Shown: piece after piece, positions 1 through 12,497 of the stretch
Position numbering within the stretch: position 1 is the first letter of the stretch
Layout: each line of letters opens with the position of its first letter
Assembly: GCA_051294375.1 (NCBI GenBank)
Contig: JBJCIZ010000022.1
Location: 1 to 38,732 of the forward strand
Reading direction: 5' to 3'
From: Paraspadella gotoi
Lineage: Eukaryota; Animalia; Chaetognatha
Length of the DNA stretch: 38,732 nt
Program-made: the position numbers and the translations under genes
The notes under the pieces: model-generated
Database searches by the model: none
What the model was told of the DNA's origin: nothing
What the model saw: only the letters and a program-made list of their open reading frames with translations

Positions 1-165
1 ATACTGATAATGGACGGCGTCCGCGCCAATCTGAAAACAAGGTTAAACCGAAATTATTCTGGGCCCATTAAGTGATAGAAAAAGATTCTGAATCACTATA
101 CAGTCATGATCGCCGGCAAAGCATTGAAATATCACAGACGCACTAAGCTGCAACAAGAAAAATGC
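1..165 (+). pseudogene. C-terminus of a Ty3/Gypsy integrase (GPY/F region), frameshifted; relative of the element at 31.2-38.7 kb
   Basis: Reading across indels gives ENKVK..YSGP..VI...NHY...IAG..LKYHRR.KL, matching ENKVKRIYSGPHKVV...NHYASSIAGQNLRYHRRRLKL at the end of ORF 31779..38678. Confidence 0.8.
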
Positions 166-513
166 TCCAGTAAACCAACCCATAAGAATAAAACTGTAAA
201 ATTTGTAGCATAGCCTCATTAAACATGAGATTAATCAAATTAGTTTGTGTAATAAACTTCATAAATTCACTTGGCACATAGTTTAAACAAATTCGAAATC
301 CAAACAAAAACTTAAAAAAATCAACCATAAGAATAACAGTTCAGTAAAAAAAAAAAAAAAAAAAGAATTAACAACAAAACGGACAAATGTATTTTTTTCA
401 AGATGACAACGGAAACAGCTTTTCTTTCAAAAAGTTTCTATACAAAAATAGCGACGATAAAAGAGACAAAGAGATCCCCTCCTTTAAAAGTCAAGACAAA
501 GCAAGGACTCGCG

Positions 514-888
514 CTACCGACTGACCGCGTACGCCCGTACGTCTGAGGAGTGTGGGACGCATCACAGATGAATGAAACCCCGGAAACAGAGGAAAGATTA
601 AGAAGAGGATTCCGGAAGAGAAGAAGATTCTGAATGATTTCCAAATGGGATTTTGGAAAGCAAATCAGAAAAGGAACAATTAGTTCGGAAGAGGAAAGAA
701 GGATTTCCAGAAGAGGAGAGGAGGATTTCCGGAAGAGGGAATCTGGCTTCGTCTACTTGCCCATTATAAATAGCCCTGTTTCTGCTTTTGATTCACTCTG
801 TTTGAAAATTGACACCTTCTTCTCTTGTCTATTTCTGAGAATAAATCTCCACTTTGGTTTCATATTGAAAGCCCTGTTCGTTACTTAA
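514..888 (+). mobile_element. Purine-tract region and putative 3' LTR of Gypsy copy A
   Basis: Reverse complement of 31226-31595 (shares gacgcatcacagatgaatgaa and gaatctggcttcgtctacttgcccattataaatagcc). TATAAATA at 765-772, AATAAA at 840-845. Lies downstream of an integrase end. Confidence 0.75.
578..772 (+). promoter_or_regulatory. Putative LTR U3: repeated CCGGAA(G/A) ETS-like motifs followed by a TATA box
   Basis: ccggaaac ~580, tccggaagag 611, ttcggaagag ~684, tccagaagag ~706, tccggaagag ~728, then TATAAATA at 765. Confidence 0.5.
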
Positions 889-1699
889 ATGATACAAATA
901 AAAATAAAATCTTTACAAGCTGCGCATTGGAAGAAAAATCGGAAAAATTTCCAATTGTAAACAATTGTTAACATATTTTTGCCTTCTTTTATTTCTTTAA
1001 ATTATATATATATTTTTTTTCTTTTTAGAAAAGACGAGTCAGGCTCTGCAGTGACTGTACAGCGGGCCTTCCAGCAGCTGTCCCAGCTTGATCTCTCTCT
1101 GTTTCTCTCTGTAACTTTCTCTGATCTGTTAAATAGAAATCTTCGTTACGCAAAAATTGAAAAAAAATTGACACTGCTCTGGTAACGTTAAAATATTGTT
1201 TCATTAATAAATTTTATTTCAGAAAAAATCGTTGATGAAATTCATTTCAAACTTTTTAAATGCATTCATACACAAGCGAAAAAAAAGGATTACAATACAC
1301 GAATTTAATTTCAAAAACTCCCCTAGCTCACCATACCCTCCACTACCCTAAACCACTAGGGTGGGTGATGAAAAAGATTATTGAGCGATGAACAACCTTT
1401 TTTTAGCTGCGTTAATTTAATTTTAAATCCTTTAAAAAATATTTAAAGGCGATAACAGTATGTAAATTCAATATTTAGTATAATATCCTTATAAATTTTT
1501 TTAAATATTTTAAAGAAACAGACTTTTGGATTCGCCATAAAAAATTAAAAAAACTTTATAAAATGAAACAAAGAAAAATACAAAAAATCAAATATGTTTA
1601 TATAATTTTAATGTTTTAAACTGTTTACATGTGATAATCCTTTCTTTTCGTTATTATTTGGTATTTAACAGTTTTTATTTCAAACACGCCTATGATATC

Positions 1700-2530
1700 A
1701 GACTTTTTAGATGGACTAATTATTCCAAATGAAAGATTACAGTGGTGCATCTTTGTACCGTCTCTATTACCGAGGAATAACTCTGTCAATAGTTTTTAGT
1801 CCCAAGTTGTCTTGAGACACTGTCTCTTGTTAAAATTTGGGCATTATCTTTATTTCAGGGATGACTGCAATTTGGTTAGTAAGAAATCTCATTCTACTCT
1901 TCATGCAATGTTCACTCTACCGAACCTGCATGAGCATTATTTTCATATTCATGGTTCGGGTGTTTACAGTACATTGCATGGATTGTAGCAAGGGGTTGAC
2001 AATGCAATCATATATGGTCTTTTTACTAAGCTTATAGATCGTGGATAGTCCATATGTTTCTTAAAAATCTTGGATATACTGTTTGTATAGCAACTAAAAG
2101 TAAATGTAGATGAAAAGTACCATTAGTTGATTCATTTGTATGTCTTCTTGGCAGTACGCCCAAGGGAGGAGTCCTCATCCTTACTTATGGGCTAAGTAGA
2201 TATGTCAACATTTAATTTTGTTAACCTAAAAAAATCAGTTATGGTTGTTACATGGGACATATTTTTGTAGCATGCATATTTTTATGCAGACGATATAGCA
2301 TTAACTGTTCACCAATCGAAAGAGGTATGCAAGTTCTTAAAAGACCATTAGTGCAAAAATATCGCAAAGGGCATTTTGTACATTTAGTTTCAAAAAAACG
2401 ACAAGTCAATGTATTTTGGGAAGTGAGCAAAACTACAATTTCCAATGATATACTTTCTCGATGGTAATGTATCGATCTCTAGTTGATAAATGGACATAAT
2501 CTAGGTTCAACCTTAGTAGTGAAATAGATA
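1700..2530 (+). pseudogene. Decayed non-LTR retrotransposon (LINE) reverse transcriptase, 5' part; probably 5'-truncated
   Basis: RT motifs in order across frameshifts: YRGITLS (1768), DCSKG (~1981), QGGVL (2161), GCYMGHIFVACI.YADDIAL (YADD 2283-2294), VDKWT..LG (~2482). Confidence 0.85.
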
Positions 2531-2819
2531 TGTCATCTCATCCCAAATCCTCCGCCCCGCGAGTTGTGGTCTAGGGCGGCCCAGGGGCGGACTATTCCAG
2601 TGTGGCGAGCCAGGCCAAAATGTCATTTGAGGGCGCCCCTAACTAACCCAAAATGTTTGCCTCAGGGGAACCCCCCTGGGGCGGCCCCCTGGGCCAAAAA
2701 AAGTCTGCCCCTGCGGGGTAACCCCTTGGGAGCAAAAAAAGTGCTCCCCCTGGGCGAGTTAAGTTAGAGAGCAAGTTTAGATAAAAAAATATACCTTTCT
2801 GACATATTTATTGTATCTG

Positions 2820-2992
2820 AGAATCTCTCCCTGTCTGTTACTCTCTCTTCTCTCTGTTTTCTCTTTCCTCTCTCACTTTCTCTCTTTCTCCTCTCTCTCT
2901 CTTTCTCTTTCTCTCTCCTCTTCTTCTTTTTTCTTTTTTTTCTTTCTTTTTCTTTCTCTCTTTCTTTTCTCTCTCTGTTCTTTTTCTCCTCC
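2820..2992. repeat. CT-rich low-complexity tract, mirrored by a GA-rich tract at 4236-4347
   Basis: Direct reading; the two tracts sit symmetrically inside the transposon ends. Confidence 0.85.
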
Positions 2993-3971
2993 ATACATAC
3001 TGTTCAAGACTTGTTTTATGTAACTAAAAAAATAACATTTTTTTAAAATTATTGTTAACTCGTTTATTCCATATTTTTATCTAAAAATATAATTATTGGT
3101 ATTTTTGAACTTAATTATTTGTATTCAATTAAAAGATATAGAAACAAGTGAGAAACAATGTATGACCGTGCCACAATATTTAGGTGTAAGAACTAATCAG
3201 TCATCTGTCTTTTTTTTTTCTTCCTTTTTTTTTTTCTTTTTTTTTTTGGATGGACTACTGATGGTACACTGATAGAGAGAAATATAATTTTTTTAAAAAA
3301 TATTCATTTTAATTTGATGTTCAAAAAAAGAATTAAATAAATCATTAAATAAAACAAATAATAGGCAGTAGATCGACAGATCTACTTAGTGAATTATAGA
3401 GTCCCCCCCCCAAAAAAAAAATATCATCAAGATTTTTAATTCATGATCAACATAAATGAGTTCCACATCGTGAAATAAATTTTTTATTACAGATTTGTAA
3501 TTAAAAATTGTCAGTTTATAGATCCCTCTGATTGAACTTCACGTTGTTGAGGAAAGGCTGTATGTGAGGAGAGAGTGAGCCAAAACTTTATATCTAGCTT
3601 CAATCAACACTTTTCTACCCACACACAAGGATTTCATTTCCAATCCATATTCTATCACGAATAATTTTTGGAGTTAATGCTAATGGTAGGACAGACTTAA
3701 AACTGATATTAATAATTAATTAATTAATTAATTAATATTTTATAATGAATTAAAACCATCCTACTCTTTTGTATTCTAACTAGTTAAAATTTCTAGATGA
3801 ATTAAAATAAAATTTTGTATGTTTAGTAAAAAAGTGTGCATGTAAAAGTGAGTTTTAATGAAAAAACAAAAGTCACATTTACTTGAATGTTTATTAAAAA
3901 TTTTTCTCACTCTTTCTTTTTTCTATTTCTCACAGATGAATAATAATGTAGCTTAAGATTGTTAAGTTGAT

Positions 3972-4155
3972 GTTGACCAAATTATGCAAAGATTGACCAA
4001 ATTATCCAAGTTGTCTAAATTATGCAAGTTTACCAAATTATGCAAAGTTACAAATTATGCAAGTTTTCAAATTCTAAAAGTTGACCAAAATTATATCAGT
4101 TAACCAAATTATGTATTTGAGCTAAATTATTGCAATTTTTCCAAATTATGCATAT
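3972..4155 (+). repeat. ~18-bp minisatellite, consensus GTTGACCAAATTATGCAA, about 10 degenerate copies
   Basis: Recurring caaattat core every 17-19 bp. Confidence 0.85.
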
Positions 4156-4585
4156 TGAGGTTGGCGCAGCTATTGGTCTTGGATGATTATTGAAGTGAAA
4201 ATATTATTTTTATTTTTATATTTTATTTTAAATAAAAGATGAAAAAAGAAAGAATAGAGAAAGAGAGAGAGGGAGAGAGAGAGAAAGACGAGAGAGATGG
4301 AAGAGAGAGAAGAGAGGCAGAGGAGAGAGAAATAGGAGGGAAGAGAGCCGTTCCCAGGGGGCAGGCAAATTCATTCCCCCGGGGTGGCCCCAGGGGAAAG
4401 GTTTTTCTAGCCCGCTTGGGGATTCGCCCTCGGAATGGCCCCTTGGGCCCAAAAAAAAAAGGGCTACAGGGGGCCGCCCCCTAGGCAGTAAAGATTGCTG
4501 TGCCCCTCCCCGGGGCCGCCCCGCGGGGCCACCCCGCGAGCTCCCTACAGCGCCCCAGAGGGGAGGCGATTCTGAAGGATTGACA

Positions 4586-5130
4586 TACTTGAGTGAAAAG
4601 ACAGTTGTTTAAGCCAAGCAAAGAATTGGTATCCTTTTTTAGATCAAGTACTGTTTGAAAATGCCTTGTTAAAACCTTCAGAGGAATTATTGATGAAATT
4701 GATAATTACTAACTGTTGTTCCGATCTCTTTATGGTTGTGAAGTAAAAACTTTTCTGCCTACGTGAATATGAATAGACTTAATGTTGCTGTAAATGATGG
4801 TGTACGAAAGATTTTTGGATATAATCGATGGGGAAAGTGTGAGAGAACTTAGGAGTATGTTGGAACCACGAACCTATTCCAGCATTTTTAATAATCGTAA
4901 GAAAACCTTTATCTCAAAGATATATACCAATGAAAAATACTGTTCTTCAGAAACTTGTTCCATTTTTACCAACATAAGACAATTTTAATTGTTTTAATTT
5001 TAATTAATTAATTTATTTAATGTAACTGTTTTTTTTTCTCTCTATTTATGTTTTTGCTTAGACTTAGTCTGTCTTGTTTGTTGTTTGTATGATGATTGTA
5101 CTGAATCAAACCTCGGTTTGTATTGAAAAA
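4586..5130 (+). pseudogene. LINE ORF2 C-terminal part and 3' UTR, continuing 1700-2530
   Basis: YGCEVK (~4731), then MNRLNVAVNDGVRKIFGYNRW.SVRELRSML (4769-4862), which resembles the post-RT region of CR1/L2-group LINEs. T-rich 3' UTR follows; the 3' end is approximate. Confidence 0.75.
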
Positions 5131-8100
5131 ATGCATATATATTTAGAGGAAACAAAGTGTTTTTGATTTGTTACAACGATTATATTTATTTTTATTAAAT
5201 CGTTTACAAATTCAAAACACTTTTGTTTAAACTATAAAAATGACCAATACGTTTTAAACAGTAAATAATTTTCATATAAAGAATAAAAAACGTCACTGAA
5301 TTTTCACCATTTTTTCTTCCCCTCGTCTTAAATGCTAAAGAAAGACATAATTTTTTGATAAACATGTTTTATTTTTTTTACTTAACTTCTTATATAATAA
5401 TCGTAACCTCTTATTATAAAATTTCTAAAAAAATTAAATTACTATTATGAAATCTTTCAAAATTACCTGTTCACTATTTTTTATTTTGTATATGGTTTAT
5501 GAAAGCTTTACTTTTTAATCTATATTCTTTAAAAATAATATATATATTGCTTCTTAAAAATTTTTTATTTCATTATATTTCAAATACTCATTTTCGGGAA
5601 TGGGAAGTCATGTGATTGTCTGCTGGATAATAGAGGGAGCATCTACACAAACACCAGGTTAGATTACAATCCTGGTTTCCTAGTTTTTCTAATAGATATC
5701 ACACATCATTCCCTGTTTGAATTCATTAAATGAAAAATCATAATATCTAATAGCCTGACAGAATAGGAACGGTGAAGAGATAATTTTCATGGGGACCAAA
5801 GTATATATGATTTTTTTTTTTTTTGTAAACTAATAGAGTAAGCACTACGAAGTAATGTATGTTCTGATAGGGGATACATACTGGGAAAGTCTATAGGGCA
5901 ACCTATTCATGAAATATAATTTTTAAGAATACTTTATGAAAATAACATTTTTTTCTTTATACCTAATTTTTTAATTATTCATTTTTGAATATTTATTATC
6001 TATTATGTTTCACTACAATTGGAAGGTCATCAGTTGCGGAACCCTATAACCTTCATGGATTTCGCTCTTTAAATCCCCAATATCCAGCGTATTAGGCGAG
6101 CCATCACAAATGGTATCCTTCATTGTTGCTTATCCTATCTTTTAAAGATATATTTATTTTAATTTTATATTACACAGACCCAAAGCTCTGTATCACAGCA
6201 TTATTCATTTTAGGGAAATTTATTAAGGTTTTGCAATTTAATTTGCTACTTGTAAGATAATTTAAAAAGTTAAAAAAATTAATTAATAATAAGGTTAAAT
6301 AATTCAAGGGTATGTTAATGTAAGTTAACTATATACTAATAAACTATAGAATATTACTACAAATATATTGTATTTGTACTAATTAATCATTACTATCTTA
6401 CATCTAAATATCCTTGTGTTGATCACTCCAAATAATATTTTTTTGTTCTCGAGTGTTCACTCTACTAACCAACCCTCTTAATCCCTCAACCACCCTTAAC
6501 CCAATTTGCCTAACCGTTTAAAAAAATATATATAAATAGCAATTAAAATAAATTAAACAATTATTTCTTGCCCAAACTGACAGCAGCGCCGGCTTAGATT
6601 CATGCTGGCCAAAGTCCGTCCCGCCGCCGCATCGAGGCCAGTACGCAGCCGGCGAGACGGAGTGGCTGGTGTCGGTGGCGAAAGGCCTTGGCGTAGCTTC
6701 GCTATGATAGTCGGTCTTGGAAGGCCGTCGCACCAGCGCCACGGCGAGTCCTATCGTCGAGCGTTGCCCATAAAGTATCCTCGGCAGGAGGGGCCAGTAT
6801 CGAACGCCAGAGGTAGAATCTTAAGAGCAGGAAAACGACGCGTCGCGCCTCCAAGTCCAGAAGATCTGCGGACGGCACGTTTGGGGAATCAAGATGAGCG
6901 ACGGAGCGGGCTGAAGAAAGATACGACGAGAGATGGGAGATTTGCTTGAAAAACGCCAGGAAAGAATCCCCCGTGCCGGGTCGTATGGTAGACGAATTCG
7001 GCGTCGCGCGGATATGCGTAGAAAAAGTGAGACGCCGTCACTTTCAGAAACGGTGTCGTCGGGTCTATATTACGCGAACGAGAGACACGTCGTCAGAGTA
7101 AATTGCTAACTATAGGAATTAAAATAATCAATTAGTCAACAGTTATCTAATCTAATTGCGGGAATCGTATAGAAGTATTGAGATTCTAGAGTGAATTAAA
7201 ATTCGATTGTAACAATTCAATGTATTAGATTTTATATAAGATAATTGCGTAGAAAAAATCAGTGTTATATCTAAACTCAGTTTTATAGAGAAAATATAAT
7301 ATTATTATTATTTGTAAGAAACATCTTTTGTATTTTCTGATGCCTGCGGGAGGGCGCGCAATCGAGGCGTTCGCGCCGTCTGGGGTTATAAACAGATTTA
7401 CAAGGGAGCAAGGATTCTAGATCTATTATACACATAGCGTAAAGCAGATAAAGAGAAAACGTCGGAAAAATTCGTAGAATAAATTGGAGATTATTTATAT
7501 TTTTGTAGAGACAAATCCATGTGCAAATCCAATGAAAAGTCCAAACCGTAAAAAAAAAACTGTTTTGTAATAAATCTTGGATCGTAAAAAAAAACTACGC
7601 GGCTTCCAGCCGCCGATCTTTTTTTTAAAATATGATTCTGACTCAATACACGAATTAACGACGGGTTTCTCGGCCAAGAAAGAAGCAAGTGAATCACGGC
7701 TACATACGAAAGTCAGCAAATCAACTTAGGAATGACAAGATAACGGCTCAGATATCCGAACCAGAATGAAAAATGATAACAATATAAATAAAATGCTAAC
7801 CACCCCCGACCCACAAATCCCACGAATCAATCAGTCTATACAAATACTAACCAATTACAGTAATCAAATGAATTACGGCATCGTTAAAGTTAATCACAGT
7901 CCTTTGTCTTAGAAAGACCAACAGGCCCCCATCTATTGAGAATTGTTGCGTGCGTGGAACCGTCGTGCCCCCCCCTCATGGAAAAGAACGACGTCAATTC
8001 GGGAGGAAGTAAGAGGGCGGAGAAGACAGGGAAGTTGCACATAAAAAAATTGTAAACTAAGCTTTAGATAATAAGATTTTAATTATGTCATAAGAAGGCA

Positions 8101-8819
8101 TGGTCAGCATATAGTATAAATAATTATATGAAATTATAGTATACTTATATATATATATTATATTTATATATAATCATATATATTATATATAATATATATA
8201 TAATAATAAATTGAAATTAAAAATAAATAATTTAAATTAGCTCTGCCTTATGAGGTATCTAATAAAGAGCAAGCCGGCCGGAAATTTTTCTATTGGTGTT
8301 GATATTCGTTCTTCTCACTAAATTTGGCATAAGAAACTTTGCAAAGAAACAAGAACTTTTTTAAAAAAATGTTTGATATTTCTGGGAAACTATTTGGCGC
8401 AGGCAATGCGGCAAACGATTGCCTCTCCCTCAAATGTAGCAAACTCATTCCCGTCTGTGACGTGAGCGCCGCCGCCAAACACACGGCTACAGGGAGGAGA
8501 ATGGACAGCCGCGCTCGCCAGCAGGCAAGAAGAGGGCCAGTCGACCAGGCTGCACCAGACTAGAGAACATTTCAAGTCAGCCTGAGGAATCTTCCGCAAG
8601 AAGCTTCCAAAAGTCCTTGCACATACAAGCTTGACAACGACTCGTCCAGTCTCAGCCCACTGACACGTCATTTTGAGCTCTAATTCCTAATTTTTATAGC
8701 TTCACTTTATATAAAACTAGCTAGTGACTCAGCAAAACTAATCTTTCAAAATTTCAATTTTATCTTTCTCCTTAAACTAAAACTATTTCATAACCTCACT
8801 AGAATTTAAAACTTAATTT

Positions 8820-9130
8820 CACTAGTAGTCTGGAAGATAGGGTAGTACGTATCTAGTCTCTCACACGGGAAAAAGCGTAAGTAGGGTAGGAATTATAATT
8901 GGGTAATAGGTAAGTACACTATTAACAAGGACACAAATGGTACATAAAAGGGAGAGAGAGGAGAGGGAAGGTTTCCAGACCCGAACCGAGCAGGAGAATG
9001 TCTGAGAGGGACTCGTCCGATTCCAAGACTTCTATCCGTGATCCCCGGGGATGAAAGAGGAGGGGAGTCGGCGAGGGAGGAGGAGCGCTTTGAGAGGAGG
9101 GAAGAGAAGCCGGGGGAAGAGAGAGTTTCT
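8820..9130. repeat. Third copy of a ~310-bp segment also at ~14260-14555 and ~19460-19770
   Basis: Shared strings: tatctagtctctc, gtaagtagggtagg, ggtacataaaagggagaga, tctatccgtga, ccggggga(a)gagagag. Confidence 0.85.
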
Positions 9131-10827
9131 GGCCCCAACCGGCTACCGGGTTGAAGACCTCTATCTTGTGTGCCCCCTCTCTGTGGCGCAGACGCCCACT
9201 TGGGATCTTCGAATGTCACAGGTGACGGCGTTGCCTTAGTGTGTGGGTGTGGAGTTCGTGGAGAGTAGGAGCAAGAGGCGGACGCTGCGGGTAATTAGGC
9301 GGCAGAGTTCGGGTGGGGTGGACGCCATTTTTGGCCGAGGCTATGGGGGGGCGTCACAGGGGATTTGTCTTTAGCTCCTCTAGATCACGCCTTGATTGAC
9401 TTTGTTTGCGACGATTACTGGTGATGTTCATAGATGAGGGCGGAACGGAAGTCATTGCTGCTTTGCCAAGAGTCTTGTGGGGAGGCTTTGGTGGTTCGTT
9501 TTGGGGAGGGGACGGGGGTAACAATATTCAGAGGGAAGGAGAAGCACGCTTTTTATAATCATCTAAAATTTTTTTCTGTATTTTTTTTTTCATAGAAAAT
9601 CAACTATAATTAGGTCTGGACAAAAAGGTAGTTGTTTCATAAAAAACAATAATCAACCCAGTTTCTTTAAAATATTCAACAAGAGAAGAAGAGAGAAAAC
9701 AAAATGCTGTAACTAACAATTAACCATACTGTAAAACTAACAATTAAAACACACTATGAGATGCTGAAACACAATCTAAATATGAAACTAGAAACGTTTC
9801 AATGATAATTCAAATTTGTTTTTTTTAAATTTCTAAATTCGAAACTTAATGGGAAAAGATGGCAAAAAAGTGTTGTACCTTGCAATAAATCATACTGTGA
9901 AACTAAGAAATAAAATGCACTACGAAAATGATAGAACACACAAAGTATAAAACTAGAAGCGATTTACGTTTGAGAAAGAAAAAGAAAAATTTTTTTTAAA
10001 ACATTTTCAAATTCAAAATTAAAATTTTAAATCCAGAAATTTCAAATTCGACTTTTCGAGAAGTGCATACGGAAAATAGATGAGTGCAATTTATGCCATA
10101 ATGGAGAGAGGAGGGGTGTAGGGAATGGGGTAACAAAAGGGCAGAGAGCAGGAGTTTGGCGAGAAGACGGTTCCATGGAGGTTGCTGCAGATCACCGTAA
10201 TGAGAAAGATGGTGACGTTGACCGGGAGATCGTAAGGAAGAGGGGAGATTTCGCCGGAGAGCCGCCGAGAGAGGTTGAAGTCGGGAGAGGTCATTTTTTG
10301 TTGTTTTTATTTTCATGATTCAGGAGTCCGTGTGAAGGGGCGATGCGCAGGAGAGAGAGAGAGGGGGGAGTAGGTTGGGGTGGGGAAGAAGGTGAATGCG
10401 GAGAAATGAGAGGAAGAGGAAGGGTTTTTAGCGATCTGAGGATCGTCGTCATCATCGTCGCGGTCATCATCGCCGTCATCGTCGCCATCGCCATCGACGT
10501 TACGTCCCGGTTCGTTCGACCTAAAGACAGACTCCGTACCTAACTGGATAATGAAATTGAGAATGGTNNNNNNNNNNNNNNNNNNNNNNNNNTTAAATAT
10601 GTTATTGTCGTTAATTCTAAGCTGTGACCTTTTTGTTTATTATTTAATACAAATTGGGTAATGGTTTGGACTAATCATTGTATTGGTTTATTAAATAATA
10701 TTGTTTTGCTTTTGTTTTTAAGTGAAGCATTCGGCAAGAACGAAGGCAAAAAACAGGTGGGGTAACAAAGTTTTGTTCATACTTTAACTTAAATAATTTT
10801 TTTTATACTCAACAAACAATAGGGCTC

Positions 10828-11720
10828 ATATGAATTTCTGTAAATCCCACTTTAGGGTTGAACGGCTTTCAATTTCTTCCCAGTTTTCACAGACAAATGT
10901 CAAGTTCATTTCCTTTGAACGTGGTGTTCTGACATGAAAGCGGTCTGATAACGTTCCTTCCAACTCGTCCTATAAGGCCATGACAATGTTTTAGAATGAG
11001 TCATAATTAAATTTTTCTAAGTTCTTGCCTTGCTCCTTTGCATTCCCCTTGCCGACATATGTTTTTATGTGTTTGCAAAATTTTATTTCTAAACAAGTGC
11101 TGATCTAGGATCACATGGAGTCTAAAGTTGATGTTCGCTTTCAGGTGGTGCTCGAAAATGTCATTGATGTTGCTGCTGGTGTTGAATTGCTGTTGCTGCT
11201 ACAGTGGAATCCTGCTGGAAGGGTTGACATCGTCACGGGAACTAATATGGTGCGTGACCTCAGAGCTACGTTCTCTGAATTTTACTAGGGATGAATCATG
11301 AAGTGACGAATGATGAACCATTGCAGACAAAAACAACGACCATTAGATCCGACAATGCTTGAGATATGACACCGGCCGTTAAACACGGAAACAGCTCGGT
11401 GGTGCGTGTGCGAATTGTTTTTTGTCATTGAAATGAGAGTCCTAAACTTAACGGCATTGAGTGACGCTGAGTTGATTATCCCACAAAAGCATGTCACAGA
11501 TTTAAAGTGGGCAGGAGGAAAATTTTGGGTGATTTTTTAACTGGATTGTGTCCTTTCTTATGACCATCATGACTCCTTTCGCGCGGATTCCGATTGGAAG
11601 GATGGAGCGCAAGGAAATTTTCTTCATGTTTTGAAGCCCATTTGGTGGGAGGTAGGGACAGGATGGAAAATGTTCTTTATATCATTAGCTGGCGAAATTG
11701 AGGTGCTGCGACTGGGGGGG

Positions 11721-11753
<33 letters not shown>

Positions 11754-12497
11754 CTTGAAGTTAGTCGTTTGACGCTTTTTTATTGGTTTCTTAAGCTCTA
11801 TTTTTAAGGTACAATCAGTGCCTTTTCTTTGTTGACAAGCTCGGCATTTTTTTGTCAAGTTTTATTTAACCTGTGAAATCTTTTCCATTTTCTTTTCAAT
11901 TCTACGACTATATCCTTTTCTTTTAGCTCTTGCTTTTATGTTGTTAAAGTTCTTGTTCTTTTTCACTTAGGTCCTTTGTTTCTTTTTTCGAGCTTTCAAC
12001 TGAAATTTTTGAAATTTTATCATTTATTTTTCATATCTGCTAGTTTTTCTTTGTTTTTAGTCTTTCTTGATGTCATAAGATTCTGTTCTTTTTTTGCCAG
12101 GAGTTTTCTTTCCTTTCAAGTTTAACTGAATTGAAAATTTGTTCGTTCTGGTTTTTCATCCCTGATAGTTACCTCCTTAGTTTCCTTAAACTCCTTGAAG
12201 TTATGGTATAAAGCTTATTGTTTGGTTTCAAGAAGTCCGTCTCTCTTTGTCCATACAAAATCTAATTGTGAATATCTTGTATCCATATCTATTCTGGGAC
12301 TCATACACGCCCTACTATTTGTCTAGTAGAACTTTTTTTCCTAATTTCTCAAACCTATTTCTATGGTTGAGATAGATTGGGAAACAACGTCGTCAGGTAG
12401 CTTCCTCATAAAATTGAGATGATCATGGATTGCTGGGAATTAAAGGCATCAATCGCGAGTATTCATTCTGATCCTGTCACTATTGTAATGGATTCAT
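10828..12497 (-). pseudogene. Unknown coiled-coil protein gene, apparently full length but frameshifted as assembled
   Basis: 11630-12497 matches ORF 16709..17878. Coding-like sequence continues beyond the duplicated part (ASKHEENFLALHPSNRNPR..., VTCFCGIIN..., IFEHHLKANINFRLHVILDQHLF..., FVCENWEEIESR) to ~10830. Confidence 0.5.

Larger units (their letters stand above)
2531..4585. mobile_element. Non-autonomous TIR DNA transposon (MITE-like, 2055 bp) inserted at TA inside the LINE RT
   Basis: TA|TGTCA at 2529-2535 and TGACA|TA at 4581-4587. Imperfect TIRs (TGTCATCTCATCCCAAATCCTCCGCCCC vs reverse complement TGTCAATCCTTCAGAATCGCCTCCCC). GC-rich subterminal CCCC(A/T)GGGG-type repeats at both ends. 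RT homology resumes right after. No transposase ORF. Confidence 0.75.

Noticed and set aside
2764-3023. Charged or Leu/Ser-rich ORFs here and at 4228-4484, 12657-13042, 17745-18358, 23951-24184 and 30524-30787
   Set aside because: They are translations of GA/CT microsatellite tracts.
5590-6210. Possible small exons of a host gene
   Set aside because: Higher-complexity patches between AT-rich spacers, but no consistent splice sites, frame or recognisable motif.
10091-10294. Paralogy of this ORF with 19485..19808 (LSG..PLP..LP / CSL..CY)
   Set aside because: Similarity is weak and explainable by shared C/T-rich composition.
11713-11752. Poly-G tract as a G-quadruplex element or polyproline coding
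   Set aside because: Absent at the equivalent position in copy 2; most likely a read artefact.
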